Shown here: positions 50,156 through 63,004 of the stretch, piece by piece
How the letters are laid out: every line of letters starts with the position of its first letter
How positions within the stretch are numbered: the first letter of the stretch is position 1
Origin: Marsupella aquatica
Lineage: Eukaryota; Plantae; Marchantiophyta
Direction: 5' to 3'
NCBI GenBank assembly: GCA_973895155.1
Contig: OZ316895.1
Span: 3,955,659-4,019,658 of the forward strand
DNA length: 64,000 bases
The notes under the pieces: generated by a model
Seen by the model: the letters and a program-made list of their open reading frames with translations, nothing else
What the model was told of the DNA's origin: nothing
The model's database searches: none
Translations under genes and position numbers: made by a program

Positions 50156-52452
50156 TTAGTGGTCCCAACAGATTTTCCCTTCTGTCAGTGAGCTGTTTAT
50201 GTCGGCTAGGTGCTTCTTGTTTCAATGTGGCACTTCAAGGGTGTTGGGACCCCTGTGCCCTTAGGGCTTTTGGTTTTGTTCTTTTTTGGTTAATAAAGTT
50301 GAGGGTTTCTCCTCATATATTGGAAACTCAATTGAACACACAGAAGTTGTGTTGTTTAACAATCACAACAAGAAGAAGATTAGTGGATCAGGAAAGCAAA
50401 GGAACAATTGCAATCATGCAATGACAGACAATTGAGACCCAACAATGGAATCACCCGGTTTACATGAGTGATACAAACCATGCAAGCTCCACATTGACCA
50501 CCGACAGTTGCCTAGACCAGCCCTCCACTTGAAGAAAGCTTTGTCCACCGCTCCAAGCGGGCCCTGAGTTATCGATCAAGGAGCACTCTCCTTCAAGCAG
50601 TGCTGTTCACCGTGTTTGTAGACCTAGAACTAATGATAGCAGTACATAGAATCTAGACCAGTCTTCTTTGGCCCATCATGCAACCCCTCTTCAGACCATG
50701 TGTACAAGCACTCCACACTTTCATTTCACAATTCACACTCAGGGCAGTAGGGGTTTTGCCTCACCTCTGGGTGAATGCACATTAGAGTGCAGCCAACCTA
50801 CACAGGGACCTAGGCAAGAGTATGTTGTTACTCTGCCACACTTTGATTTTCATTTTAAACATTTAATATCGGAAAATGATGCTTGCATGGAGTAGCTGGT
50901 GAACCATGCAACCTCCATGAACCATAACACCTTTACACCTTCACTAATTGACATTGTTCTCGTGTCCAGCAAAAGAATCCAACACCAAATTTAGACCTTC
51001 AATAACTCCTTTGTATCAAATGGAGAAGGCTCTTTTTGAGCTCATTATAAATGGCTTTGAAATCACTTTCCAGCCAGTGTAATAGCTCTGGTTTTGTGAA
51101 GAATTGAGAGAGTTTTCAATTTCAAAAGATTACTGCATTGATAGTCGTCCACACCTTACCCTTCTATAAAAAAATTGAGCAGCTAACTGATTCAATATAT
51201 CCATAAATATCCAATGGAATCCGAGTCTTTTGGGATCATTAGAAACTGCTTGGAAAGATCTTTCAAATAATTATCCTAATCTCATCTCATGTCATAGATA
51301 ATTGAGCAACTTAAAATTTTCATAAGATGACTGTCTAGATTCTGGTCACATTTCACTCATTGCCATAATATTTACTTTTTGAGCAGAACTGTTTGCAGTC
51401 CATCCTACTGCAAAAGTCAATGTGAGAATTTTCGCAAACATAGAGGGTCCTCCACGCTTGAATTTTCTATATGTCATGCTCTGGCTGATTATATTTTTAT
51501 GCAGTCCACTTTGGGCCAACGTGGTGGCTCCTCTTATATCATGCTATGGCTGATTGTATTTCTATGCAGTCCATATCGGCAAACGTGGTGGTTCTTTGTA
51601 CATCATTCCATGACTGACTATATGTTTTTTTAAGTACATGGGGAACTACCTGGGCAAAATTATATGGTTCCTCTCCCATATTTTGATTTTCATTTTTGAG
51701 CGCTTTTTATCATCCTATGACTGATTGTTCTTTAATGTGCAGTTCTTGCCCCCTACACGTTTCCCACCCCAGGCAGTTGTCAACACAAACTCTAAAATTC
51801 TCATTTGAAAAATTTCACAATCATGTAGTTTTCTGAAAGAGTTAACAGTACTTTATTTGGTTCTTGGCGAAGGAAAATTTCCCAATGGCCCAAAAATGCC
51901 TTCTTATGTGCACTGGTATTCATTCAGAGTCCTTGACAAAATAACCCTTGGGTCATGGATTTTAAGGGACCAATGTCTACTAGTTAAAATATGGTTCTCC
52001 ACTAATGGGCTGTGCTCCCACCTGTCGGGAATTATTATTGACGATTTTCAATGTAACCCAATATCGCAGCAGCACAGAGAGGGAAAAACAGGATGCCATT
52101 TTGCATTCAATTCTGTTCATAGGGTAGGGGAACAACTTCCCTCCATTGGTAAAAGACGACTATCTTGTGGATTCAACAAATAGTCCACACCGACTTTCTG
52201 GTCTGCATATAGTGAATGGGGAATCCTTCCACTACCAAGTCCCAGCTACTTTTCAGGTTCATCTCCACGATGTTAAATTCCCATTAAAAGTTACATAATC
52301 ACTGGATTGCAATCCATCAGCAGCAATTGATTTCGCGAGGGGGGCATATGTGGCTAGCACTAGATCCATGGATGCACTACCTAGGCTGGAAACCATAAAC
52401 TCAGACCTATCAAAATTTGGTCAGTTCTAGCTTTGCTATACACAACTTGACT

Positions 52453-55400
52453 CTACATTTGACGATGGTCAAAGCTGATGACAACAGCTGTGCAATTGTC
52501 TTTACATTTCCTCTCACGTACAGCCTCTCGAATGAGCCGCCGACATGCCACCCCAACCGTGGCACCACCCTGCATTTTCCGCATCATTCGCATCAATTTC
52601 ATGCGAACAAATCTTGAGTTGACATAGGCAAGAAACAGACGTCATCTATCATTAGTCACTCAACGCAAGCCATGTCTGTCCAGCGGTAAACATCAGTTCA
52701 CAGAAGTTACTCTCGTGCTATCTCAAAGCCCACGGTCCTCAATTCGGCAGGCCCTCGCAAAGTTTATTAAACTAGCTGCACATATGATTTAAGAGAAATT
52801 GAGAATGTGTAGAAGGTAAGCTATTTTATGTACCTGCACCTGTTCAGCCACGAACTCAACCGCATCACTTGGTCCGAACACCTGCAAAGAGCAATTAGGT
52901 TTCATTTCATATTATTAATTATGAAAGTTTAATAGTATGCAACCACACCTCTCAACACCTTAATCTGGTACTCGTATTCTAAGGCAGAGTTGTAACAAAA
53001 TCATACTAACAACCATCTCCAAGATCGAGGAATTCGAGAAACATATGGATTCACTGCTGCTTTGCAATTTATAGAAACTTTACACAACTATTTTTATATT
53101 TCCCATTCGTCAAGGTAAAGCTATCCATAAACTAGAAACGTTCCAGGTAAGAGAAGTCTTACCCCCCAAAGGCCATCACAACCCAAGATGAGAAAATGCT
53201 CTCGCTCACTTAATTCAAACACGTGAATGTCGGGTACTGCTATCACACCGGCCTACACTCACGAACCAACAAGTTCTCAGATTTGATTTGCAATAACATC
53301 AAAATGAGTAGACTATCCATAGGCAACCCGATCTACCAGCATCGCAGTCTACTTTACAAGGCCCACTGCGACTTGCAACCCAACCTAAACAATGATCATC
53401 TCATGCTAGCAGAAAGTCAATGCCTATCTTTATGAAAACACTGAAAAAAAAGTCTCTCCATCCTGAAAGCAGCTCTCAGGTACACAGAGCAGGTTACACA
53501 GAGCATCCATATGCAAGCAGTCCAGTGGACCTGTAGTAAGGTGCCCGTATGAGATTTAAAATTCAAAGCAAGTGTCCAACCTTCTTGAAATTGCGGTCTC
53601 CAAAAGCACGTGAGACTGCAAGGCGACCAAGCAATCGCCCATTCGCTTCGACAAATCCACCAGCCTGCAAATATACTTGCAGTTTACACTGAGTGAACAG
53701 CTCCAACCAACAGCCCATTACACTACGATCGACACAAAGATAAATGATCATTGCTCACCTCTCCGAAGTGACATACTGGTACTCATATATTACCCACAGC
53801 TTAGCCTCATCTTACCAAGTCATTGCCCTTCTCTTGACTGTGCTCCAACTATCCTCTCACAAAAGGTCCATGCATGATGCAGCCTCTCTATACCCTGTCC
53901 TTCAGTTACTAGGTAAGGTCAGGGTCAACTGTGGAAAAATCATATGTACCGCTATGTCACCTCGGAGGATTGGATTGATTAAGCCCTAAGACATTAGTAG
54001 CATTTACGTAAGTCAAGTCCGTGAAACTACTTCTGGTATCACCAGCAACTCACTGGATATGATTCGTCTAGATTGTCCCGTGGACTGAAAAGGTGGAAAG
54101 CAATGCAAACTCAAAGGAAAGGACTGCTCATTCAATGACTTCTAATTCTGCGGATCCGCATTGATTTGTCAAAAGGTCCTCTCGACTTCTCCAGTTAGTT
54201 TAGATATCCGAGATACGACACGGCCACATTCATGCCCACTCTGCCTAGCCTAGAACATCATATTCAAGAGATGGAATATTTCCTGCAAATCGAATGCAAA
54301 TCCCTAGAAACTCTACAATAGCCATATTGAAAGGAATAATTTCGGAGAATTGCCGTGCCTCGAAAAGCAAATGGTAGAAGTAAACCATCTGGGAGCAGGT
54401 CGTTTGAGCGGAAGTCCTGGATACATTTCTCCTTCAGGGTAATAGCTACTTGATATTCGACTGACTACTTCCAGGAAGACAATTTACCTGGACCAGAATA
54501 CTACACAGAATACTGAAGAAACCAACACACACTGACAAAATGTACGGATCGTGCTTCGCACGCCCTCTCTAAATCAACGAACACAGACAACTCAAAATCT
54601 CATGTCTGACCTTTTCAATGCGAGCCCGCTCTTGGGGAAATATTGCCTTATGTTCTCTGGTAACGACAAGACCCTTCAGAGGCCCTTCCTTTCTTAACTC
54701 AGAATCACCCAAGGGTCCCCCATCTCCTTTTGCAGGAGCACGGGCAAGAACAGCTTTGGCGTCTCCCAAGTTTGCAACGAACACCTGAGAAGTGAATTCA
54801 GGATCTAATCTGTTAGTGTAGACCCAGGTTGACCACATTTTATGTTCCATTTCACCAATAATTGTGATCAAAGGGACCAGAGCCCAACTGAAACACAGAA
54901 GTATCGGAATTGATCTCTGAACTTCCACACCAATGGGGACCTTCAAATTTATTCGGGCAGGTGGACTACGGTTTCCTCCTAAGTTTATTCTCATATAGTT
55001 GAGGTTTTACGTCTTCAGTAAGGGATTTCCACATAGAGAACTTGTAGTATAAAACTATAATTCTACTTCACTTATGCATAATAACATCCTACTTACTAAC
55101 ATTCACATCAGTAAAGGACGGGTGTCTTGGGGGACAAATATTCCAATCACGGCTTATAGAACTGCTTCATACGATAATCAGGATTGTAGTCGTCTTCATG
55201 TTTGCTTTGAAGTTGTGACTCTGAATCTCGCTACTTTGTATTGTGATTTATTTCATTCTATTTGAAACTGCAAACCCAGGTGTATGGTAAACATATTGTT
55301 ATTCTCGCACTACCTGCCACTCAAAAGTCGGATCTATCAATCTAGTGAAATCTTTTGATTTCTTGGGCCAAAGAAAGTACAGTGTGGAATATGAAGGAAA

Positions 55401-57432
55401 AACTATCGGCAGGATAGTCTGAAACTACAAAATAGCGGATTAACATATTTAATGAACAAAAAAACAACCCAACCAAAGCACAGGCAACGCCAAAGCGAAT
55501 ACCTGCAAATAAGAGAGACGAACAGAGGTACTTCAGATAAGCATGCAGTACTAATACCATTTGCCCAAGAACCCACACAGACACTGCAGTTGCTCCGTCT
55601 TGCCACCCACCTGCACCCCAACCACAATGTCAGTGACTCTCCTCATAATCCAGCTGTCAAAGAAGCTCTCTAAGCAAATTGGTCTTGTATAATCAACGCG
55701 AACAAACGCAGTCGGGAAATCATACAACGTTCCTAAGCTATGTGTTCAATTCTATTTGAAAAGAGAAGCACGTCTTACTGCTCACTGGAAACATATGGAA
55801 GATGTAAGAAGATCAAGAATATGAGTTACTCCTACAAGAGACTGGACTGCGAAGTTGAGGAGTTCAAAATAAAGTTGAAGGCTTAGAGTCTGCCCACTTG
55901 TGGGAATGTACCAGAAGATAGAAGTGTTATTAACACCCAAATGCATACGTCATGAAACAAAAGTAACCACAGGACACGAAGTGAACAAGCTAATCCTGCA
56001 AACACGTAGGGGTGGTACATGGGAAAACATATGCCTGCAGAACTTTCCCGAAGTAGAGCTTCGTCTGTAGTTTTGAATCCTGCACAAAGCAAGTAGAGAT
56101 GCAAAAAAACGAATTTAGGAACTAGCATATCGCAAATTAATGTATGTAACCTGTCCAAAGTAACGAATTTCGACATGCAACAAGTGCTATATCAGGTATG
56201 TAAGTCACAGAGCAAAATTCGAACATTTTATGATGTGTGACTGCCATCACAGAAGTATCCAATGCCATTTCACTCCATTGAGCGGATCCTTCTCAATTCT
56301 TCTCATGACTTACCCTATAAAACCCATACCTCAACACTTGCAAAAGTACATTGTGTGAACAATTACTACAAGACGGATGAAGACTGAATGGACACATACC
56401 TTGAATGATTGCTCGTTTCACTCCCTTAATGTCCATCTGCAGCTTTCGCAAACGGGCTCCATGAGAAAACGGTTATCTAACAAATAACATCGCAACATTA
56501 CTTTAATAATGTCATAGTGCCACCAGAGGTTTCCCACACGAGAATCACATCAGACCTACTTTACTAATTCTTAGTCGAGCAAAACCATCAAAAAACAACA
56601 ACCAAACCCACCAACTCACGGGTGAGCCCTGCAGACAAAACGTTGGCATGCAAGTGGGCACATGCATACTCTGCAGCATGGCGGCCACCGTGCCCATCAT
56701 ATATTGCAAAGTGCGCCAACCTGACAAGAAAAAGAGACAAACAAAATATCAAGCGAATTGCTTGATAGGTAGACTTATCTTAGCACCTCTTCAATGACCG
56801 CTGGAAATAAACTTACAAAGGTGCCGGTCGCTGGCTGGGCTATATAGCCTCGCAATGAAACCCATGGACAAGTTTACTAAATGTCTTGCTTCTAAATATA
56901 ATAAATAGGTATACTATAACCGATCTTACCTTAGCTTCCCTGGAGTTACAAGCCATGCCTGCGGTAGAATCACCCAAGCGTCTTCCATTGTGAGCCTTGA
57001 CCCACGATCCTCCGCTACTTCAGCAGATAAAGTTGTGACAACTGAGTTCTTCGGACCCTTTGCTCGGATGATTTTGCTTCCTGTCGCCGGAGTTGGAGTT
57101 GGCTGTTGCATTACTTTATCGTCCTTAGACACCTCATTTACCGTTTCATTTCCCGTCGACTGCACTCCCAGTTGTCCTCCTAGTTTCAGTACCCCTCCTG
57201 AGTTGTCCTCAAGTACATTCACCAATTTAGATTCTCCTCCCATCCCCGAACTCTTAAGTAAGCTGATGCCTTTTTCACCTGCTGAATCAGTTCTCGCTCT
57301 TTTCCTTTCTGGACCAATGCGGGGCTCATCCGAATCCCGTTTAGAAGCAGACGGTGAGGAGGGAGGCTCTGTATCCAGAGAAGCCTTCCCATTCTCAACA
57401 CCAGTCTCCTCGTCATCCGGTTGCTTTAACAT
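52453..57432 (-). CDS. PP2C: Protein phosphatase 2C (At1g18030/ILKAP-like), 10 coding exons
   Basis: Exons (minus): 57432-56930, 56720-56612, 56436-56400, 56079-56035, 55610-55558, 54784-54611, 53664-53581, 53252-53163, 52881-52834, 52569-52453. The spliced protein has all PP2C motifs: RLTMED, FAIYDGHGG, GWQDGATAV, VANLGDAKAVL, EHK, GRLAVSRAFGD, FLILGCDGLW and KDNCTAVVI. Intron 4 has a GC donor. Confidence 0.95.
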
Positions 57433-59204
57433 CAAAAGCAACCCTAAATGAGTCTTCCCTGTATCCTATAGCCAGAATTCCTCCGCGTCAGGACACTTGA
57501 TTGAGCACGCCCAGTTACCATGATACTTGACAAGCAGGTGATAAAACAGGAAGGTCTCATTTCAAAAAACCATTACTTCTGTAGTTAAGAGGCAGTTTTC
57601 CATCTCGAACACCACCCTCTCAGAAAACACAGAAGAGGAAAATGTCCAAAATGTCCCGCGCACTCAATCTTGTGCATGTTCGGCATGACCTCATTGCAAG
57701 TCTCTTACTGAAGGATTTCTTCGAAACATCAAATGACATATACTGACCCAACATCATGCGATGGAATGTAATGTACGACTTATGCACCAGGGTTTTAACG
57801 CTTGTTTTGCCACAAAATTAAGATTATGCAGGAACTGACTTCAAAGTCCAACTTACGCCTCCTTGATGTGTTCAAGATTTCAGAAGACTTCTAGACCAGG
57901 ATTCTGTTACAAGCTCATATGCAAGGGTTTCCCTTCCCTCGCCCATTTCAAGCTCGTCCCGGTTGGGATTTCATGGAAGTGGTTTACCGCGATATAGAAA
58001 ACCAAATTCCCTTCCTGGGTTCTTCTTGGGCTTCACGATTGCTACATGCACATAATGTATCTATTAATCAAGTCGCAGACGACTGAATGTTCGCCTGTCA
58101 TGGATAGAACACACGTCCCACTAACTTAAACCCCAACACAGTCTCATTTGAATGGATTTCACATTAGAGCTTGATGTTCATCTGCTAGTGCTGCTTGATC
58201 CACATATTGCTCTCGAGGCAAAAGGATTAGAGGTTGATAACATGTACATTACACTAAGCTGCATTGCTCCTGTCCGGGTCAGCCCGATTGTCAGCCACGA
58301 GAGAGACCAGAAATTCATCTCACCATTTCTTTATGTCTCTCTTCGTCCGCTCAAACAATGGCAACCCATCTTTCTCGTTCGGGTAGGACCATAAACCCAT
58401 CCATCCCTCTCACTCTGTACGTCTCCCTCTCCCTGCATCGGCCTCCGATGGAACCAACAAACTGACGGGGTCGCAACCAAAAGCAGTGTCATACAATTGG
58501 CAACAGGAAACAGTTGGGAACGTGAATCAGGACATAAAGATGGAAACACAGAAAAAGCTGCGGCACAAAAACGGGGCCCTGTTCTGGGCCACCACAAACT
58601 TCTCACCTGATAACGGCTGGGGAAGGAGAAGGAGTCATGTCATGACATGAGAGGAGAGGAGAAGATGCCGCAAACCCAACAACAACACCACACACCACAG
58701 CTTTGCTTGCTTGCTTGCACTTCTTGTTCCTCAGCTCATCAGTCAGGCCTGTGACGTGACCATGACAAGCTGCAACGTCTCTGCTCTGGTAGTTAGAGTA
58801 GTGGGTCGTGGGCGGCAAAGCTTTCTTGGGGGCTTTGTCGAATGACGATTCTCAGTGTGCTGCACAAAAAACGCAAAAGTAATGTGGAGGTCGCCTCCTG
58901 AGACTCCTGTAATGCTCCTCGGAGTGCGCTGCACAATTGAGCACCTTTTCTTCTCTTCCTTGACCACTCACGCAATCGAACTCACGCAATTGAACTGAGC
59001 ATTGGAGAGGAAAAGCTCCAGATCTGGATGAGCAATGGCTTCCTTTCACAAAAGCTTAAAGAACTCTGAAGCATAATGAACTTCTGAGTCCCTCACATCA
59101 AAATAGGTGTATACTAACGTTCTGTTTACTGGGCACTACCGTAGCCTGATTTCCCAATTCTTTTGAACACAAACACGTTGGTGACTACAAAATATCCTTG
59201 CAAG

Positions 59205-59719
59205 AAAAACATTCCACCCATTAGTTTGGGCGACTTACAGAATGATCCATCATGCCTTCAGCCAATCATTGTCCTAAGTGACAAGAAGGTGGCAAAGTCC
59301 TTGAAGAGAAAGGCATCCAGGTAAGACTCTAACCTAAGTAAGTTTTGCCCACCTCCATTCAACTACAATATTTTGTGTTCTATGTTTGGTTTTTTTATAA
59401 AAGTGAAGAAGTCACTCATACTTTTGCATTTCTCTACAGGTTTGAGTTATCTGAAGCCCGCCACCGACTCTCCAAACGACAACGCCAAAAGTGTGGAGTG
59501 TGTGGTAAGGAGGGACATAACCGCCGTGGGTGTGTAGTCCCTCACCAAACTGCACAGGTTCGTATGACCCGGTCCAGTGACTTTTTGAGAGTGTGTGCCA
59601 TTCACACTATGGAGCGTGCAAATGTAGAGGCACAATGGCTCATATGGGACTCAAGGCCTCAACCCAAAATGACTTTCTCCCAGTGGTACCAGGAGAATTA
59701 TGCCCTTAGCCAGACCTGA
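59205..59719 (+). mobile_element. 3' fragment of a Mutator-like (MULE) transposase with CCHC zinc knuckle
   Basis: KNIPPISLGDLQNDPSCLQPIIV...KSLKRKASR, a GT-AG intron (59321-59439), then RFELSEARHRLSKRQRQKCGVCGKEGHNRRGC. This layout is typical of MULE transposase C-termini. The catalytic core is absent from the window. Confidence 0.65.
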
Positions 59720-60208
59720 GGCGGTTTACTTACAGACTCATGTGCACTTGAATTACACTCCAGAACGCACCACAAGGATTAGTAGGGGCTTATTACACTA
59801 TGAGGACTCTTATTTTTTTCATCGTGTGGATCATGGGTCTCCTCTTTGTGGCTTATATGTCCCTGAGGGACTGCTCCTGTATTCAAGTGCACAATGTGAA
59901 AAACAATATGAAGAGAGCCCCATTTTTTTGGCAAGGGTGCAAAGTTTATTACTTACTCAGCTTACAGGAGTATTACTGGCCCCCCGACTGGCCCAAACCC
60001 AGTCCCTGAGGCATGCGCTATGTTGAAAATACTATGAACTTTTCAGAATCTTAACTTTAAGCCCGGACAAAAGCTGGATCCATAAGCTGACATAGGAAGG
60101 ACCATCTGGATTCAAAATGGGAAATACTGTCTAAATAATGTCTATTCTTCTAAAGAGCGCTCGAAGCGCTACGACCAAAAGTAGAAGCGCTGACAGTACT
60201 ATCTCAGA

Positions 60209-60664
60209 TTATACTTGGAAGCGTACATCAACTGCAGGGGGGTCCACAATAAGGGGAGGATACCGTGCCAGCCATCCAATCTCAGCTTTGCCCTTGGCTC
60301 TCTTTCCCTTCAGCCATTGCTTCCCAAGGAGCGCGTACCGACATTGGATCAATAAATACTCCATCCCCTTCTCAACAGGAACCCCATCTGGCCCAACCCA
60401 GACAAAGCAATTTGCTGGCCATGCATGATTTGGATGAGGTCGTGGGAAGGGCGAAATCACCTTGCGGCAATGGTAAACCCAGTTCCAGACATGTACGGTC
60501 TGTTCATCTCTCTTTCGAATCCGATGAATTGGCAACCACAGACTGGATGCAGAAGAAGGTGAAGTAGCGTAAGTGGGTAAAAAGGGCCGAACTGTCCCAT
60601 CAACTACTAACGGAGGTAGAGCATGTAGGACCGGGTAGCAATCCATAGCGTATTGACTTACCAT
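60209..60664 (-). CDS. TE-associated hypothetical ORF/exon (151 aa)
   Basis: Open frame starting with ATG, 66 bp downstream of the 547-aa ORF on the same strand; no domain recognised. Confidence 0.4.
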   Translation of the reverse strand: MVSQYAMDCYPVLHALPPLVVDGTVRPFLPTYATSPSSASSLWLPIHRIRKRDEQTVHVWNWVYHCRKVISPFPRPHPNHAWPANCFVWVGPDGVPVEKGMEYLLIQCRYALLGKQWLKGKRAKGKAEIGWLARYPPLIVDPPAVDVRFQV

Positions 60665-60730
60665 TTTTGCAAATTTAAAATCCCAGATAGCCGCATCTCA
60701 CCCAGTAAATGAATGTAGTGGCTCTTGAGC

Positions 60731-62374
60731 TCACAAAGGAGCTACGTCAATAAATCCGCGGCTGAACAATGGAGTAGATGTCGGCTCAGTATTATCTACC
60801 GGAGCCTTTGATGTCTCTGCATGATTAAAATTCTCAGCAACATGTGGCGGGGCCTCCAATGGATTGGATTGCTCTGGAACAATTGGTGGGGCCGGTGATG
60901 GGAAGGTAGCGCTGAATGTCTCGGGTGGCACAGGTGGGTGCTCTGAGTTGTCTCCAACACTGAATTGCTCTTCCACAATTGGCGGGGCCTCTGATTTGTC
61001 TTTAGCACTGAATTCCTGCAGAGCAATTGGTGGCGGCTCTGCTACCTCTCCAACACTCAATTCCACTGGAGCAATTGGTGGTGGCTCTGCTACCTCTCCA
61101 GCACTCAATTCCACTGGAGGAATAGCTACCGGCACCCTCACTACTTCAGCACTCAATTCGGGTGGGGGCTGTGCTATGTCTGCAACACTCAATTCATCGG
61201 ACGCAATTGGTGGGGGCTGTGAATCCTGTCCATCAACCTCCTGCTGTCGATAATTTGCAACCGGGCTGGTAGGGACATAAGTATCATCTGGATTAAAAGA
61301 AGAGGCCATGGGAGAATCTGTTCTCAGCTGAAGTTTCTCGGCATCAATCAAGCGTCTCACTTCGTGTACCAGGTTGTCCCTTGTACAAGACAACAAAGCC
61401 ACCAGTTGGGCAACGACCTGCTTGTCCGTGGTCCCTGAATCTCTGGGCATCGGTGGTTCTATGTCAGTTGGCATCGGGCCTGTTTCCTTGGTGGGCATTG
61501 TTGCTCTGCTACCCGGAGCCATTTTTGCTTTGCTACCCGGAGCCATTTTTGCTCCATCATTCTCAATCGCAGCATCCGGAATTGAAGTAGGAACCGATGG
61601 TGCTTCACGAATGTCTGGAAATTCTGAGAGAAATTCTTCCTGCTCCGAGTCCATTAGACAGCCTTCATGCCAATACAAATGAGCAACGTACGGTGAAAGA
61701 TAACAATAAGATGTGGTCCTCCCCTTCCCTGCTAATTTCATTATTACATTCCGAAGAATTCCTGTCCAATTTATCTTTGTTCCTTGGATCAAAGATGCTA
61801 TGATGGTGGTAGCAAGTGTCAGAGAAATCCTGGTTTGTGCCTCTGGATTCAAAATGGGAATCATAAACTCTAGAACATGCATCAAGCTCAAATCTAAGCA
61901 TTGTTCGGACTTCCAACCATTCTTCTGAATGGCTTGCCCAAAATGACTCTCCACGAAAGCTTGTCTGTCACTATTTCCATCGATCAATTCACTCCCTTCT
62001 GTTGGTGTCTTGTACACCTTCAAAATGACTTCCTCTGTCCACTTCAGAGGTCGAGTTCTAATGGGCGCTTTGACTGCAGACTCCTTGTCAATAAGATCCT
62101 GAAGTAAAGTCAAAGAAGAAATTGTCCATGGCAATTTAAGTAGGAAAGCGCAGCCCATCTTTTGCAAATTACATGTCAATGTTTCCTTGTCCTCAGCAGA
62201 CTGTCGAATCTTCACTCGGATGTTGCGCGCTGTCGGCATCCGGAAAGGAATCGGGTCTCTCCGCTGGGTAGGCACTGCCCGCGATCCTGTTCCCCTGGAT
62301 CTTGGCATTGTCGTAGATGCTCCCTTCAATCCCCAATGTCTACTCCGGCGAAGTGAAGGAGGCGCATGTAGCAT
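60731..62374 (-). CDS. Transposon-associated protein (bryophyte TE accessory-type domain plus Pro/Glu-rich tandem repeats), 547 aa
   Basis: Long intact ORF. Segment GCAFLLKLPW...KWTEE...VY...KNGW...C.D...VLEFMIPILNPE..TRISLTLATTI...KINW...LSPYVAHLY resembles (from memory) a high-copy hypothetical family of liverwort/moss TEs. The C-terminal part has ~16-aa repeats PPPIAxxELSVGEVAE. The ATG is directly preceded by TGCAG, a possible splice acceptor. Confidence 0.7.
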   Translation of the reverse strand: MLHAPPSLRRSRHWGLKGASTTMPRSRGTGSRAVPTQRRDPIPFRMPTARNIRVKIRQSAEDKETLTCNLQKMGCAFLLKLPWTISSLTLLQDLIDKESAVKAPIRTRPLKWTEEVILKVYKTPTEGSELIDGNSDRQAFVESHFGQAIQKNGWKSEQCLDLSLMHVLEFMIPILNPEAQTRISLTLATTIIASLIQGTKINWTGILRNVIMKLAGKGRTTSYCYLSPYVAHLYWHEGCLMDSEQEEFLSEFPDIREAPSVPTSIPDAAIENDGAKMAPGSKAKMAPGSRATMPTKETGPMPTDIEPPMPRDSGTTDKQVVAQLVALLSCTRDNLVHEVRRLIDAEKLQLRTDSPMASSFNPDDTYVPTSPVANYRQQEVDGQDSQPPPIASDELSVADIAQPPPELSAEVVRVPVAIPPVELSAGEVAEPPPIAPVELSVGEVAEPPPIALQEFSAKDKSEAPPIVEEQFSVGDNSEHPPVPPETFSATFPSPAPPIVPEQSNPLEAPPHVAENFNHAETSKAPVDNTEPTSTPLFSRGFIDVAPL

Positions 62375-62654
62375 CTGCAGCGCAAAATTGCAATCATCCG
62401 CCCGAGATCCTAAAACTCACTTGCAAACGCTGCCAAATCACACATTGTGGATTGTGGTTTGTGTCATTCACATTAGAGGGATCGTGGTAGGCCCTAAACC
62501 CTAATTAGTATGTGCTGAAAGCACAGCTTAGAGCGAGAGTTCCCCTTCCAAAAGTGCTAAGTGTGAACATCTAGGCTTCGTTCTTACCCTAAACACACTA
62601 CCTGAAAAAAGGGCTGAAATGTAGCCCTGGATTTTAATGAGCTTTGGGTGGCCT

Positions 62655-62843
62655 ATGACCATTTGGCTGGCCTTTAACCGGGGATCCTGTTTTGTAAGAC
62701 CATTTGGCTGGCCTTGAACCATTTGGCTGCCCTTGAACCATTTGGATGCCCTTGAACCATAAACTAGCCTTAAACCAAACGGCTAAGAATTGTTTTTAGA
62801 CCATTTGGGTGGTATTGAACCATTTGGGTGGCCTTTAACCATT
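62655..62843. repeat. ~19-20 bp tandem repeats between TE ORFs
   Basis: ACCATTTGG(C/G)TG(G/C)CTTGA-type units recur about 7 times. Confidence 0.8.
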
Positions 62844-63004
62844 TCAGAATTACACTTAGCCATAATCATGAGTGAATGTTTAATGAGAATGTGATGAAAC
62901 AATATCATTCAACAAGAATCTCCACATCACTTGGTCATCTGTAACTGAAAGTGTTTGGGGTCCACAATATAAAACCCAATGCATAAATGGGCAAAAGAAA
63001 CAAA

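Noticed and set aside
5794-57432. PUB + peptide + PP2C as a functional signalling cluster
   Set aside because: The genes are 14-30 kb apart, separated by TEs and an unrelated plastid gene; adjacency alone is not evidence of co-function in plant genomes.
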